This document shows positions 1-9,402 of a stretch of DNA of 64,000 nt, piece by piece. The translations under genes and the position numbers were made by a program. Origin of the DNA: Candidatus Latescibacterota bacterium (GTDB lineage: Bacteria; Latescibacterota; UBA2968; GCA-2709665); contig OZ244744.1 in the NCBI GenBank assembly GCA_965219455.1, positions 4,160,001-4,224,000 on the forward strand, read 5' to 3'. The notes beneath the pieces were generated by a model that worked only from the letters and a program-made list of their open reading frames with translations, had not been told where the DNA came from and did no database searches. Position 1 is the stretch's first letter. Each line of letters begins with the position of its first letter.

Positions 1-519
1 GTTTCGGCGGCGGACGTGGAAGGCAACGTGGCGTCCGTGACGATATCGCAGGGCGGCGCATTCGGGTCCCTGGTCACGGTGCCCGGTACGGGGTTGATTC
101 TGGGGCACGGAATGTGCCGGCTGGATCCGCGGCCCGGACGCAAGAATTCAGTGGCGCCGGGAAAACGGCCGCTGAACAATACGGCCCCGCTGATGATTCG
201 CCTTCCGGACCGCGACGTCGCGGCGGGGTTGCCCGGAGGGCGCCGGCTTGTGAGTGTGAATGCGCGGATCGCGCAGAAAATCGTGGATTTCGGCGCAACT
301 TCCTGGGAGGCGGTGTCCGGCCCCCGGATGCACGTCCAGATGGAGGAGCCCCTGATGGTAACGAGGTCGCTGGACGAGGCCATTCAAGATGGGCTGCTTG
401 AGATGGGGCACGAATTGGACGTGGTTGGTGGCGTTGCGGGAGGCGCGCATTGTGCGGAATATCTAAAGCTGGAGGGGAAAGTGCGGGCGGGCGGGAACAC
501 GTGGACGGCTGGCGTTTAG
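1..519 (+). CDS. Gamma-glutamyltransferase family protein, C-terminal part (5' truncated by window edge)
   Basis: Small-subunit GGT motifs: 'D.EGNVASVTISQGGAFGS..TVPGTGLIL', 'NSVAPGKRPLNN.AP', 'GLPGGRR', 'AV..PR.H'. The frame is open from base 1. Confidence 0.85.
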   Translation, partial: VSAADVEGNVASVTISQGGAFGSLVTVPGTGLILGHGMCRLDPRPGRKNSVAPGKRPLNNTAPLMIRLPDRDVAAGLPGGRRLVSVNARIAQKIVDFGATSWEAVSGPRMHVQMEEPLMVTRSLDEAIQDGLLEMGHELDVVGGVAGGAHCAEYLKLEGKVRAGGNTWTAGV

Positions 520-682
520 ACAGGTCGTGTTCGGGTAGGTGGAGATGACACCCTGTCGGTCGGCGTTGCTGGGGCTGGCTGCAAGTCTTATATTTGTGGT
601 GAGCTGGTTCTGGCGAGCGGGGATGGACCCCGGGATGGCGTGTTCGCCCACGTGGGAACGTAAAAACGGAAGGAAGCGCGTT

Positions 683-2650
683 GTGGCCCAGGCGTCAGAG
701 GTTGTCCCGACCACAGACTCCGTGTCGCAGATTGACCGGCAGGGGGTAACGCTACGCAGCGTTTTTTTGGCCGGTGGATTGGCGGTCGGGGTGAACCTCG
801 TGGTGAACTACGTGGAGTACGTTGTCCATGCGTCGCGATTGACGTTGAGTCATTTTCCAATGGGTACTCTGTTGCTCTACCTCCTGCTTGCCCTGGGGCT
901 GAATCCGCTGTGCCGGTTACTCGCGCGTCGATATGCTTTATCGTCAACAGAACTGCTGGTTGTGCTGGCGGGAGGTCTCGTCGGAGGCGCCATTCCTTCG
1001 GTGGGTCTCACGGGGTATTTTCTGGGGGCGATCGCCGCCCCGTTTTATTTTGCGACGCCGGAGAATCAGTGGGGAGAGTTCTTCCATCCCTATATTCCGC
1101 ACTGGCTGGCCCCCAGAAACACAAACGGCACGCTGAATCACCTGTTCGAAGGATTGCCGCCCGGCGGCTCGATTCCCTGGAGCGTCTGGTTCGTGCCGGT
1201 TGTCTGCTGGATGGGGTTGATTGCTGCACTTTTTTTTGGTTCCGTCTGCCTCGCGGTGATTCTGCGCAAGCAGTGGGTGGAAAGCGAACGCCTGTCTTTT
1301 CCGATTCTGCGACCGGTCACGGAGTTAACGGAACGTACGGAGACGTCGGATTTCCCCAGGCTTTTCTGGATTGGTTTTGCAGTCGCGTTCGGCATTCTGG
1401 CCTGGAATATGATCAACTACTTCGTTCCCGGCTTTCCGCAGATTCCGAATATCCGATGGGGTCCATGGATCAGGTTCGAACGGTATTTTCCGGGTCTGTG
1501 GACGCGGATCAATATGTTTACCATTTCCTTCTGTTATTTTGCCAATATCGACGCTCTGTTCAGCCTCTGGTTTTTCGATCTGTTGTTCATCATTCGCAGT
1601 GGAATTCTGAACCGGCTGGGATACAATGCCAGTTCGTGGTCCCATGCCTCGGGTGATTACCAATGGCTTCCTCTGGGCGCGTTTTTCGCGATGGTGGGAT
1701 GGGGATTCTGGACGTCGCGGAACCACCTGAGGCTGGTTTTCATGAAGGCATTTGGGAGATCCGCCCCGCTGGATGAGAAGGATGAGATGATGTCTTTCAG
1801 GACGGCGGTGTTCGGGCTGATTGTGAGCCTGTTGTTCGCCGTTTTCTGGTGGTGGCAGGCGGGGATGAGTCTTGGCCCTGCATGTGCCTTCGTTCCGGCC
1901 GCGTTCATCCTCTATGTAGGCGTTTCGCGCATCGTATCCGACCTGGGGCTGGTGTTCATCAGCATGCCGGTCGGGCCGCAACGGTTTGTCACGTCGTTGT
2001 TCGGATCGCGGAATCTGTCTGGATCCAGCCTTACCACGCTGGCATTCACGAACGGCATCGCGTCCTACGGGAAGGGTTTGTTCATGCCGTCGGTAATCCA
2101 CGGCACTAAATTGGCGGATGTTTGCCCCCGAGACGGGCGGCGGCGTGTGCTGGCTGCTCTACTGCTGGCCTTCGGTTTGGGGTGTATATTCTCGGTTGTG
2201 TTTACGTTGTATTTGGGATATACGTACGGGGCCTATAATTTCAACGATTGGCCGTTCACGAGGTACAGCAAATCCGGTTTTGGACGTGTGCTGACCCAGA
2301 TGAACAACCCGGAGCCGCCCCATCGTTTGCAGCTGAGCCTGTTTGGTATCGGTGCGGCGGTGATGTCGTTGTTGACGTTTCTGAAGTACCGGTTTCCGTG
2401 GTGGCCATTCCACCCCGTTGGATTCGCGCTGGCCGGTACGGGGACGTCCGTGCGGTATACCGTGTTTTCGGTCTTTCTGGCCTGGGCTATCAAGTTTCTG
2501 ATATTGCGAATCGGCGGGGCGGCGCTCTACCGCCGTTACGTGCCTTTTTTCCTGGGTGTGCTCGTGGGCTATTCCATGGGCGTGGGTGTTTCGCTGATTG
2601 TGGATATGATCTGGTTTCCGGGTGGCGGGCATTCGATCCACGGGTATTGA
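683..2650 (+). CDS. DUF6785/DUF6784-type polytopic membrane protein (putative transporter)
   Basis: Many TM helices; family-like motifs 'LRKQWVESERLSFP', 'FPWWPFHPVGF', 'RIGGAALYRRYVPFFLG'. ORF opens at 539; GTG at 683 follows a GGAAGGA RBS. Confidence 0.75.
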   Translation: MAQASEVVPTTDSVSQIDRQGVTLRSVFLAGGLAVGVNLVVNYVEYVVHASRLTLSHFPMGTLLLYLLLALGLNPLCRLLARRYALSSTELLVVLAGGLVGGAIPSVGLTGYFLGAIAAPFYFATPENQWGEFFHPYIPHWLAPRNTNGTLNHLFEGLPPGGSIPWSVWFVPVVCWMGLIAALFFGSVCLAVILRKQWVESERLSFPILRPVTELTERTETSDFPRLFWIGFAVAFGILAWNMINYFVPGFPQIPNIRWGPWIRFERYFPGLWTRINMFTISFCYFANIDALFSLWFFDLLFIIRSGILNRLGYNASSWSHASGDYQWLPLGAFFAMVGWGFWTSRNHLRLVFMKAFGRSAPLDEKDEMMSFRTAVFGLIVSLLFAVFWWWQAGMSLGPACAFVPAAFILYVGVSRIVSDLGLVFISMPVGPQRFVTSLFGSRNLSGSSLTTLAFTNGIASYGKGLFMPSVIHGTKLADVCPRDGRRRVLAALLLAFGLGCIFSVVFTLYLGYTYGAYNFNDWPFTRYSKSGFGRVLTQMNNPEPPHRLQLSLFGIGAAVMSLLTFLKYRFPWWPFHPVGFALAGTGTSVRYTVFSVFLAWAIKFLILRIGGAALYRRYVPFFLGVLVGYSMGVGVSLIVDMIWFPGGGHSIHGY

Positions 2651-2731
2651 CCCGCGGCGTGCGGGCACATCGAGTAGCCCGAATATTCTGTCGTCCGACG
2701 CGCGTGGAAAGGTTCGTTCGGGAGGTAAATC

Positions 2732-3958
2732 ATGGCAACGATGGTTGAGCGGTCGGTTGCCCGATCGTGGGAGCTTTACGACATGGCACAGGCGGTTATC
2801 CCGCTGGGTACGCAGACCCATTCCAAGGCGCCGAGGGAGGCGCTGCGCGGCGTGGAGCCGTGTTACCTGGTTCGAGGTGACGGATGCCGGGTGTGGGATG
2901 CCGATGGCAACGAATATATCGATTTCAGGAATGGGCTGGGTCCCATAACCCTGGGGTACCGTTTTTCGGCGGTGGATGATGCCGTCAGGGCGCAACTGGA
3001 AAGTGGCATCGTGTTCAGCTATCCCCACCCCCTGGAGGTCGAGGTCGCACAGCGGCTGGTCGACGTGTTGCCGTGCGCCCAGCGGGTTCGATTTCTGAAG
3101 ACAGGCGGCGAGGCGATGGCGGCCGCGCATCGGCTTTCGAGGGCGTTTACGGAACGGGAACTCGTCCTGACCTGCGGGTATCATGGTTGGGTCAACACGA
3201 TGGCTCGTGGCGGCGTGCCGGAGGCGACACGGAAAACCTATAAGGCGTTGCCGTGGGGTAACATAGAGCCGTATGCAGCGGCGTTCGAAGCTGCACCGGG
3301 TGAGATTGCGGCCGTAAGCGCGGCTTGCGCATATGCGGGAATTGAACAGGGGCGTTCTTTTCTGAGGGAATTGCGTACGTTGACGGAGAAGCACGGGGCA
3401 GTCCTCATTTTCGATGAAATCGTTACAGGGTTCCGCCTGCGTCGCGCCGGGGCGCAGGAGTATTTCGGCGTGATTCCCGACCTGGCGGTGTTTGCCAAGG
3501 GACTGTCGAATGGAGTGCCGCTTTCCTGTTTTGTGGGGAATGCGGCGGTGATGGAGACGGTGAAGGATTGCGTCGTGTCGTCCACCTTTGGAGGGGACAC
3601 GCTCGGGCTGGCCGCGGCACGGGCCGTGCTGGACGTGTATGAACGGGAGGACGTGATCGGCACGCTGTGGAAGCGGGGTAAACAGCTTCACGAAGGCTTC
3701 AATGCGCACAGTGAGAGATTGGGCCTGCCGGCGCGCTTCGTGGGGGCGTCTCCCGTCGGGCAACTGGTATTCGATCATCCGGACGCGGCCCGGCTGTTTC
3801 TCAGGTTCAACGAGGAAGTGCTGAAGCGGGGGATCATCGTCTATTCGGTCTGCTATACCAATTTCTCGCACACCGAGGCGGATATTGACGAGGCCGTCCG
3901 TGCGATGGGCGAGGCGTTGGAAGTGATCGCAAATGAGGGGTTGTTTGAAGGGGGATAA
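2732..3958 (+). CDS. Class III PLP aminotransferase (glutamate-1-semialdehyde aminomutase-like paralog)
   Basis: 'WDADGNEYIDF', 'LIFDEIVTGFR', 'PDLAVFAKGLSNG' (PLP lysine), 'SSTFGG'; GGAGG RBS upstream. Confidence 0.9.
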   Translation: MATMVERSVARSWELYDMAQAVIPLGTQTHSKAPREALRGVEPCYLVRGDGCRVWDADGNEYIDFRNGLGPITLGYRFSAVDDAVRAQLESGIVFSYPHPLEVEVAQRLVDVLPCAQRVRFLKTGGEAMAAAHRLSRAFTERELVLTCGYHGWVNTMARGGVPEATRKTYKALPWGNIEPYAAAFEAAPGEIAAVSAACAYAGIEQGRSFLRELRTLTEKHGAVLIFDEIVTGFRLRRAGAQEYFGVIPDLAVFAKGLSNGVPLSCFVGNAAVMETVKDCVVSSTFGGDTLGLAAARAVLDVYEREDVIGTLWKRGKQLHEGFNAHSERLGLPARFVGASPVGQLVFDHPDAARLFLRFNEEVLKRGIIVYSVCYTNFSHTEADIDEAVRAMGEALEVIANEGLFEGG

Positions 3959-4039
3959 CTTTCTTATCTTATTAGTATGCGTTCGCGCCACACCTTGTGT
4001 TCTGTTGTCCGGAGATTTAGAGGTCTGGAGGGACGTTTG

Positions 4040-7000
4040 TTGAGAAATTGCGCCGTTTTTGTCGCCTTGCTGGGTCTTGCAACCAGCGCCTATGGAGTTC
4101 CGCCCGCGATTTACTCGCCAGACGGCCAGCGGGCCGTCTGGCTGGTGCCGTCCGGGAAGCCGATGGTCCTGCTAACCCAGGTCTGGCACGGGGGGTCCGG
4201 CGGGGGGATGCCCGCCAGGACGGGAATTTACCTGGGCCCGCCTGGAGACGTGGGCTTTCTGCCTGGAGATGGACTGGTCTATCTGGAGCGGGGGCTGGAT
4301 CACGTCGCGTTTGGCACCACACCTCTGGGCAGGCTGACGTCCGACACGCGCAAGCAGCGGCGCCTGCCCCTGGTCCGCAACCGGATCTGGCGAATCGAAG
4401 CATCCGGGGAGACCCTCTGGCCATTGCCCGACGGAATGGATCCTGTCAATATGGCGGTTGCGCCGGACGGTGGCCGGCTGGCTGTTACGGATCACCACGG
4501 TTTGTGGACCGTTGATGCAGTCGGACATGCCAGGTTGCTTGTGCGCGGACACGTGCGAGGCCCCTTAGAGTGGTCGGCAAGCGCGGATGCCGTGTCCGCT
4601 GTGGTGAACGGTAAATTGTCTTTCGTGGGAATGGACGGTGGCGATGCGGCAGCCTGGCGCCCTCTGCGTACGACGGGCGGCGCAACGCCCCCGGTTCGGG
4701 ATCCGGAGCCAGAGATTGACGCGGCAATGCTGTTGGTTCACCAGGCGCTGAACTGGTGGGTGCGGGGTCATCACGCCATGCACAGGGGGGAGTACCGCGG
4801 CGCCAGGGATGCCTACAGAGAATCCGTCAGCAGTTTCAAGGATATACAAAAGACGTATGCTCCAGTGGGGCTGTCCCGGGGAAGCTGCCAGGGCTACATC
4901 GATGGGATTCGAAGCCGTATCAGTAACGACGAAGCCCTGAGGGAAGCGGTTTGCTCGGAGCGCCTGCTGGTTGTGGGTGACCTGATTTCAGAGTTCAATT
5001 CCACACGCGACCAGGGAATAAGAGCAGGCCTGAGCGGGCTTTTGTCATGGGCGTCTGGTGAATTGGAAATGCGGCAGTTGGATGCGTCAGCAATAAAGCG
5101 CGATGTCGCGTTGATTCGGCGTCTTTTTCAATGTCCGGCAACCGACGAGCCGCATATGCCTGAAATTGGATATTATTTTCATCCAATTGTACCGGCCGGC
5201 GGTCCCGTGTTGACCTGCTACTGGCACCGGGGACGGGTGCAGTATCTGATCGGAGGTCCCGGCGGATACGCCGTGGAGGCGCGGAATATGCCGCGCGCCG
5301 GGGTGGATTCACTCTTCAACCTTGGAGTTGCCCGGCTGGATAGCAAAAACGTGGAAGGGTCGATATTTCCACTCCGTGTTGCAGCGCATCAGCGCCCCCG
5401 CGATAAAGATGCGCTTCTTAAGCTGGGATATGCATTTCTCGAGGATAAATACTACAGGGGAGCAAGATGGGCATTCAAGAAGGCTGCAGCACTCACGCGC
5501 AACGACCCCGAGCCCTATTACGGTCTGGGCCTCGTGTTGATGGAACTCCACAACGAACGCTACCAGGCGATTACCTATTTCAGGAAGGCGCTTATCCGGG
5601 ATCGGGATTTCGTGGATGCCCGGTATAAGATCGCTCTCGTGCGGTACATGCTTAACGAGCACGACGTGAAACCCGAACTCGATCGGGTGCTCAAGATCGA
5701 TCCGGAATATGCGGATGCCTATCTGTTGATGGGAGATTGGTACGCCAATTTCATGGAGGATTACGAGGAAGCCATTGTCTGGTACACCCGGTACCTCGCG
5801 ATGCGGCCGACCGATCAGAAAGTGGGCAGGCGGCTGGGGTACGCGTACCTTAAAGTTAAAGATTATGATCGGATTCTGGACAAGGTTCAGGCGTTTACAC
5901 GGGAGTATCCCGATGCCATCGAGCTGATGCCGATCGTGGCTCAGGCCTGCGCCAAGCGCAGCAAGTACGATATGGCGATGGGGTTTTTCTCTACCTACAT
6001 CTCCCGGCTGAAGCAGGAACAGCAGTCGCTTTATTACGACGTCGGACTCATTGCGTCGCCCGAGGAATTGGCCGAATACGAACAGACGTCGGGCGCGGCG
6101 CGGAAAGCGTTTCTGGAACGGTTCTGGAACGTGCGCGATCCGGATATCGGCACGCCTGTAAACGAACGGCTGCTGGAACACTACCGTCGAGTCTGGTACG
6201 CGCATATGGAGTTCTCCGAAGGCAAAGATCCGTGGGATCGGCGCGGTGAGGTGTACATACGGTTTGGAGAGCCGGACCACGTGACCAGTTCGCACAACCT
6301 GAATGCCAGACAGGACCTTTCCGTGCTGCGCGTAAAGGAGCGGCTCGCCACCCAGCTCTACGGAACGCAGGCGATCGGCGCTTCCTTTATGGGGCCCGTG
6401 TTCCCCGTTCGCAACTTCTCGCTGCAGCGCGATATTCTGGGTTTCGAGAGCGACGCATCGGATTTCGGTATTGAGGGTGAGCGCGACGCGTTCACCGGGG
6501 GTGATCCGGACGGCGCCGATTCGAATCTGCGGCAGATGACAACGACGGAGGGAAGCCGGGACGGGGGTTCCTCTAGGGATCGGAGCGACCCGGAACGAGC
6601 AAGCGCCGGGGCGACAATCGGCGCGGCCGGAGATATCGGACAGAGTGCCCCCGAAAACCTGGGCTTCGGTCCTGCGCCGTCCCGTATCAACACGGACATT
6701 TTCGCGGGTTCGGGTTTCAATCCGGTACTTGCCGCCGGCGCGGATCTGGGGTCCACGCCGTGGGCGTCCTGGATCTACCTGAACATCGACGGGGGCATCG
6801 AAATCTCGTTCACCGACGAGTTCAACTCCAGGATTTTTGATTTTACGCCGGTTCCGAATGCGCCCGATTTGAACATCGAGCAGATTACGCGGTTTCGACG
6901 TTTTTCACCCGAAAAGGTCTTCCATCAGGCGGTTGCTCTGGCCCCGGACTTCTACGCGCCGGAATACCGCCAGACCCCCTACGATTTTCACTACACGTTG

Positions 7001-7786
7001 GCCGACTTCAAAGGTTCTGATGGAAAGAGTCTGCTGGAGATCTACTACGGCATTCCGTGCGCGGCGACAAACTACCTGGCCGAACACAACGTCACACAGG
7101 TGGCAGTCCGGCGGCAACTGGCGCTGCTCTCGTCCCTCTCGGGCAAGGTTTACCGGAAAACGGCCGAGGTGTTTTACAAACGGCCGGGCAATCGTACGGG
7201 CCCGGACGTGGTCCTCCCGGACGTGGTCAGGCTGGAAGTGCCGCCGGGCGTCTACAGGCTGGAGGTGAAGGCCCGGGACCGGATGACGGGGCGGCTGGGT
7301 ATATACCGGCAGCAGGTGGTCGTGGAGTCTTACCATAGAGAGGGTCTTCGCGTGAGCGACCTGGAGTTGGCATACAGTGTAGGCGAGGCCGCCGCCAAAC
7401 CCGGCAAATTTGGAAAACATGGGTTGAACGTGGTACCGATGCCCTCTCGAACTTATGGGTCGGGTCAGAACGTGTTTGTCTATTACGAGATCTACAACCT
7501 GAAAAAGGACGATTTCGGACAAACCCAATACCGGGTGGAGTACACGATGGGACCGAAGTCCGGCGGCGTGCTTTCGAGGCTGGCGCAAACGCTCAGGGGA
7601 CGGTCGAACAAAGGGAAGGTTGCGGTCGGGTATGAGCAACTTGGCTTCCAGGATTCGGAAGTCGCGTATACGGAACTCGAATTGGGTGAGGCGCGATCGG
7701 GGCGACACTACCTGACGGTGGAGGTAACGGATTTAAACAGCGGAAAGTCCTTTGTGAAGGAAACCACGTTTGTGGTGCAAAAATGA
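4040..7786 (+). CDS. Secreted TPR-containing GWxTD-domain protein with N-terminal extension
   Basis: Signal peptide after GGAGGGA RBS (ORF opens at 3977); TPR repeats; 'FLERFWNVRDPD..TPVNERLLEHYRRVWYA' and 'PWDRRGEVYIRFGEPD' (GWxTDRG variant); C-terminal Ig-like beta domains. Confidence 0.8.
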   Translation: MRNCAVFVALLGLATSAYGVPPAIYSPDGQRAVWLVPSGKPMVLLTQVWHGGSGGGMPARTGIYLGPPGDVGFLPGDGLVYLERGLDHVAFGTTPLGRLTSDTRKQRRLPLVRNRIWRIEASGETLWPLPDGMDPVNMAVAPDGGRLAVTDHHGLWTVDAVGHARLLVRGHVRGPLEWSASADAVSAVVNGKLSFVGMDGGDAAAWRPLRTTGGATPPVRDPEPEIDAAMLLVHQALNWWVRGHHAMHRGEYRGARDAYRESVSSFKDIQKTYAPVGLSRGSCQGYIDGIRSRISNDEALREAVCSERLLVVGDLISEFNSTRDQGIRAGLSGLLSWASGELEMRQLDASAIKRDVALIRRLFQCPATDEPHMPEIGYYFHPIVPAGGPVLTCYWHRGRVQYLIGGPGGYAVEARNMPRAGVDSLFNLGVARLDSKNVEGSIFPLRVAAHQRPRDKDALLKLGYAFLEDKYYRGARWAFKKAAALTRNDPEPYYGLGLVLMELHNERYQAITYFRKALIRDRDFVDARYKIALVRYMLNEHDVKPELDRVLKIDPEYADAYLLMGDWYANFMEDYEEAIVWYTRYLAMRPTDQKVGRRLGYAYLKVKDYDRILDKVQAFTREYPDAIELMPIVAQACAKRSKYDMAMGFFSTYISRLKQEQQSLYYDVGLIASPEELAEYEQTSGAARKAFLERFWNVRDPDIGTPVNERLLEHYRRVWYAHMEFSEGKDPWDRRGEVYIRFGEPDHVTSSHNLNARQDLSVLRVKERLATQLYGTQAIGASFMGPVFPVRNFSLQRDILGFESDASDFGIEGERDAFTGGDPDGADSNLRQMTTTEGSRDGGSSRDRSDPERASAGATIGAAGDIGQSAPENLGFGPAPSRINTDIFAGSGFNPVLAAGADLGSTPWASWIYLNIDGGIEISFTDEFNSRIFDFTPVPNAPDLNIEQITRFRRFSPEKVFHQAVALAPDFYAPEYRQTPYDFHYTLADFKGSDGKSLLEIYYGIPCAATNYLAEHNVTQVAVRRQLALLSSLSGKVYRKTAEVFYKRPGNRTGPDVVLPDVVRLEVPPGVYRLEVKARDRMTGRLGIYRQQVVVESYHREGLRVSDLELAYSVGEAAAKPGKFGKHGLNVVPMPSRTYGSGQNVFVYYEIYNLKKDDFGQTQYRVEYTMGPKSGGVLSRLAQTLRGRSNKGKVAVGYEQLGFQDSEVAYTELELGEARSGRHYLTVEVTDLNSGKSFVKETTFVVQK

Positions 7787-8000
7787 GCCGTTTCGAAAAC
7801 ACGTCTGAAAGGCGCCAATTGGTTCCACTCGTGTATCCACCGAAACCGCCCGGGATACGTCTTTCGGTAAACCGAACTCCCTCCGGTGGGTGGGAATCCG
7901 TCGGTTCAATTTGATGTGATGTCGTGGCGCGCGGACCGACGCGAAGATACTTCGCGCTGTCATCCGACGCGCGAAAAAAAACGCCAAGGAGGTCGTCTAA

Positions 8001-8160
8001 CAGTCCGTTGGAAAAGTTGCTCTGCAGGCGAGGCCGAGACATTGTGACCGAAGACGAGGCGCGCGACCGAGTCGAATCGGGGGATTCGGAGAGGGAGCGC
8101 AACGCAGTAATTCGGTCACAAGAGCCGGCCGCAGACCGGATGGACTTTTTCAACGGGCTG
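8001..8160. mobile_element. 160-bp MITE with IS5-like ends
   Basis: 17-bp terminal inverted repeats CAGTCCGTTGGAAAAGT (8001-8017) and ACTTTTTCAACGGGCTG (8144-8160), 15/17 match; flanked on both sides by CTAA (7997-8000, 8161-8164); internal IR TTGTGACCGAA (8042-8052) / TTCGGTCACAA (8111-8121). Confidence 0.8.
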
Positions 8161-8201
8161 CTAATGTTCGGGAGAGAACGCCGGTGAAGGAGAATTCGCA
8201 C

Positions 8202-9341
8202 ATGGCGCAGGTGCTTCTGTGTTTTGCCCTGTCTGTCTTACTCGCACTTTGCCCGGCGCGCGTGTGGGCCGACAGGATCACCATTGAGGATGTGGACTTT
8301 GACGGGAATGGAATCATCGATCTGACCGATTTTGTCCTTTTTGCACGGGCCTATCAAACGGAAGACGCGATATACGATTTGGACGGCAGCCGCACGGTCG
8401 ACGAACCCGACTTTGAGATTTTCGCATCATTTTTCGGACAGAAAGTTGTCGACGGACCCGTGGTGCCGATACTCAAGCACGAACTCATCGACGTTCCGGC
8501 CGGAGATTTCATTATGGGTACCGACCGGGGGCTGCCTCCGGACGGGCCGGAGCATGTCGTCTACCTGGACGGGTTCCGGATTGACAAGTACGAGGTGAAC
8601 AACGTTCAGTTTATCGCGTTCCTGAACGACAGGAACCGGGGCACCAAAACGGTCGGCCGTACGGCCCCATGGCAAACCGACGAGGATATCGCATACCAGA
8701 ATGCGGCGAATCGGAACCTGGACTCAGAAGACAATGTGCTCTACAATCTGGATTCCAGAGAGGCCGATATCCGGATTTCAATAGACGTACTCGCCGGGAT
8801 CGAAGGGGACGATGATGAGGAGAGCGAGGACCTGGGGCGTACCATCAAGGATGAGTACGTGCTGAAGGCGTTTTATCTCGCCAACCGGGCGGTGACGAAC
8901 GTGACCTGGTTTGGCGCCATGGCCTACTGCGAATGGGCCGGAATGCGCCTCGCCACGGAAGCGGAGTGGGAAAAGGGGGCCCGTGGTACGGACAAGCGGC
9001 CCTACCCCTGGGGTACCGCGACGCCCACCCCGGAGCATGCGAATATCGCCGATCGTGTGGGCCGCACGGTGGATGTCGGCAGCCACCCGAAGGGGTTGAG
9101 CCCCTATGGGGTGCACGATATGTCCGGCAATGCCTGGGAGTGGTGCGAGGACTGGTTTAACCCCGATTACTATGAGGTTTCTCCGAAAGAAAATCCCAAA
9201 GGGCCGGAAGTCGGATTTAACCGTGTGATGCGGGGCGGCTCATGGAGGTTCCGGGATCTTGCCGACACGACCACACGGTGGTTCGATGCGCCGTTTGCGA
9301 CAGATGACCAGATTGGATTCCGGTGCGCGAGTGATTTCTGA
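8202..9341 (+). CDS. Secreted FGE-sulfatase (SUMF1)-fold protein with N-terminal dockerin/EF-hand-like pair
   Basis: Signal peptide; 'DFDGNGIIDLTDF' and 'DLDGSRTVDEPDF' Ca-binding repeats; 'RLATEAEWEKGARG', 'YGVHDMSGNAWEWC.DW', 'RVMRGGSW', 'IGFRC'; AAGGAG RBS. Confidence 0.85.
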   Translation: MAQVLLCFALSVLLALCPARVWADRITIEDVDFDGNGIIDLTDFVLFARAYQTEDAIYDLDGSRTVDEPDFEIFASFFGQKVVDGPVVPILKHELIDVPAGDFIMGTDRGLPPDGPEHVVYLDGFRIDKYEVNNVQFIAFLNDRNRGTKTVGRTAPWQTDEDIAYQNAANRNLDSEDNVLYNLDSREADIRISIDVLAGIEGDDDEESEDLGRTIKDEYVLKAFYLANRAVTNVTWFGAMAYCEWAGMRLATEAEWEKGARGTDKRPYPWGTATPTPEHANIADRVGRTVDVGSHPKGLSPYGVHDMSGNAWEWCEDWFNPDYYEVSPKENPKGPEVGFNRVMRGGSWRFRDLADTTTRWFDAPFATDDQIGFRCASDF

Positions 9342-9402
9342 CGGTCCTGGCATCCGGCTCTACCGGCCGGTCAGATTGGACAAGGTGTGACGGGAAGCGC
9401 AG

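Noticed and set aside
2732-3958. Calling either class III aminotransferase hemL
   Set aside because: Two divergent paralogs, neither in a tetrapyrrole context; substrate cannot be assigned from motifs.
2159-3991. Long antisense or alternative-frame ORFs (610 aa here; also 13194-14525, 27329-28423, 47472-48545, 56869-58158)
   Set aside because: They shadow well-supported genes, have no recognisable motifs, and are expected in high-GC DNA with few stop codons.
7927-7981. GC-rich hairpin (CGCGAAG-ATA-CTTCGCG) followed by an A-tract, as an ncRNA
   Set aside because: No recognisable RNA family; the tract suits only a minus-strand terminator where no gene ends; too weak to call.
9200-9341. FGE/C-type-lectin C-terminus as a diversity-generating retroelement target
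   Set aside because: No reverse transcriptase and no template repeat differing at adenines was seen in the window.
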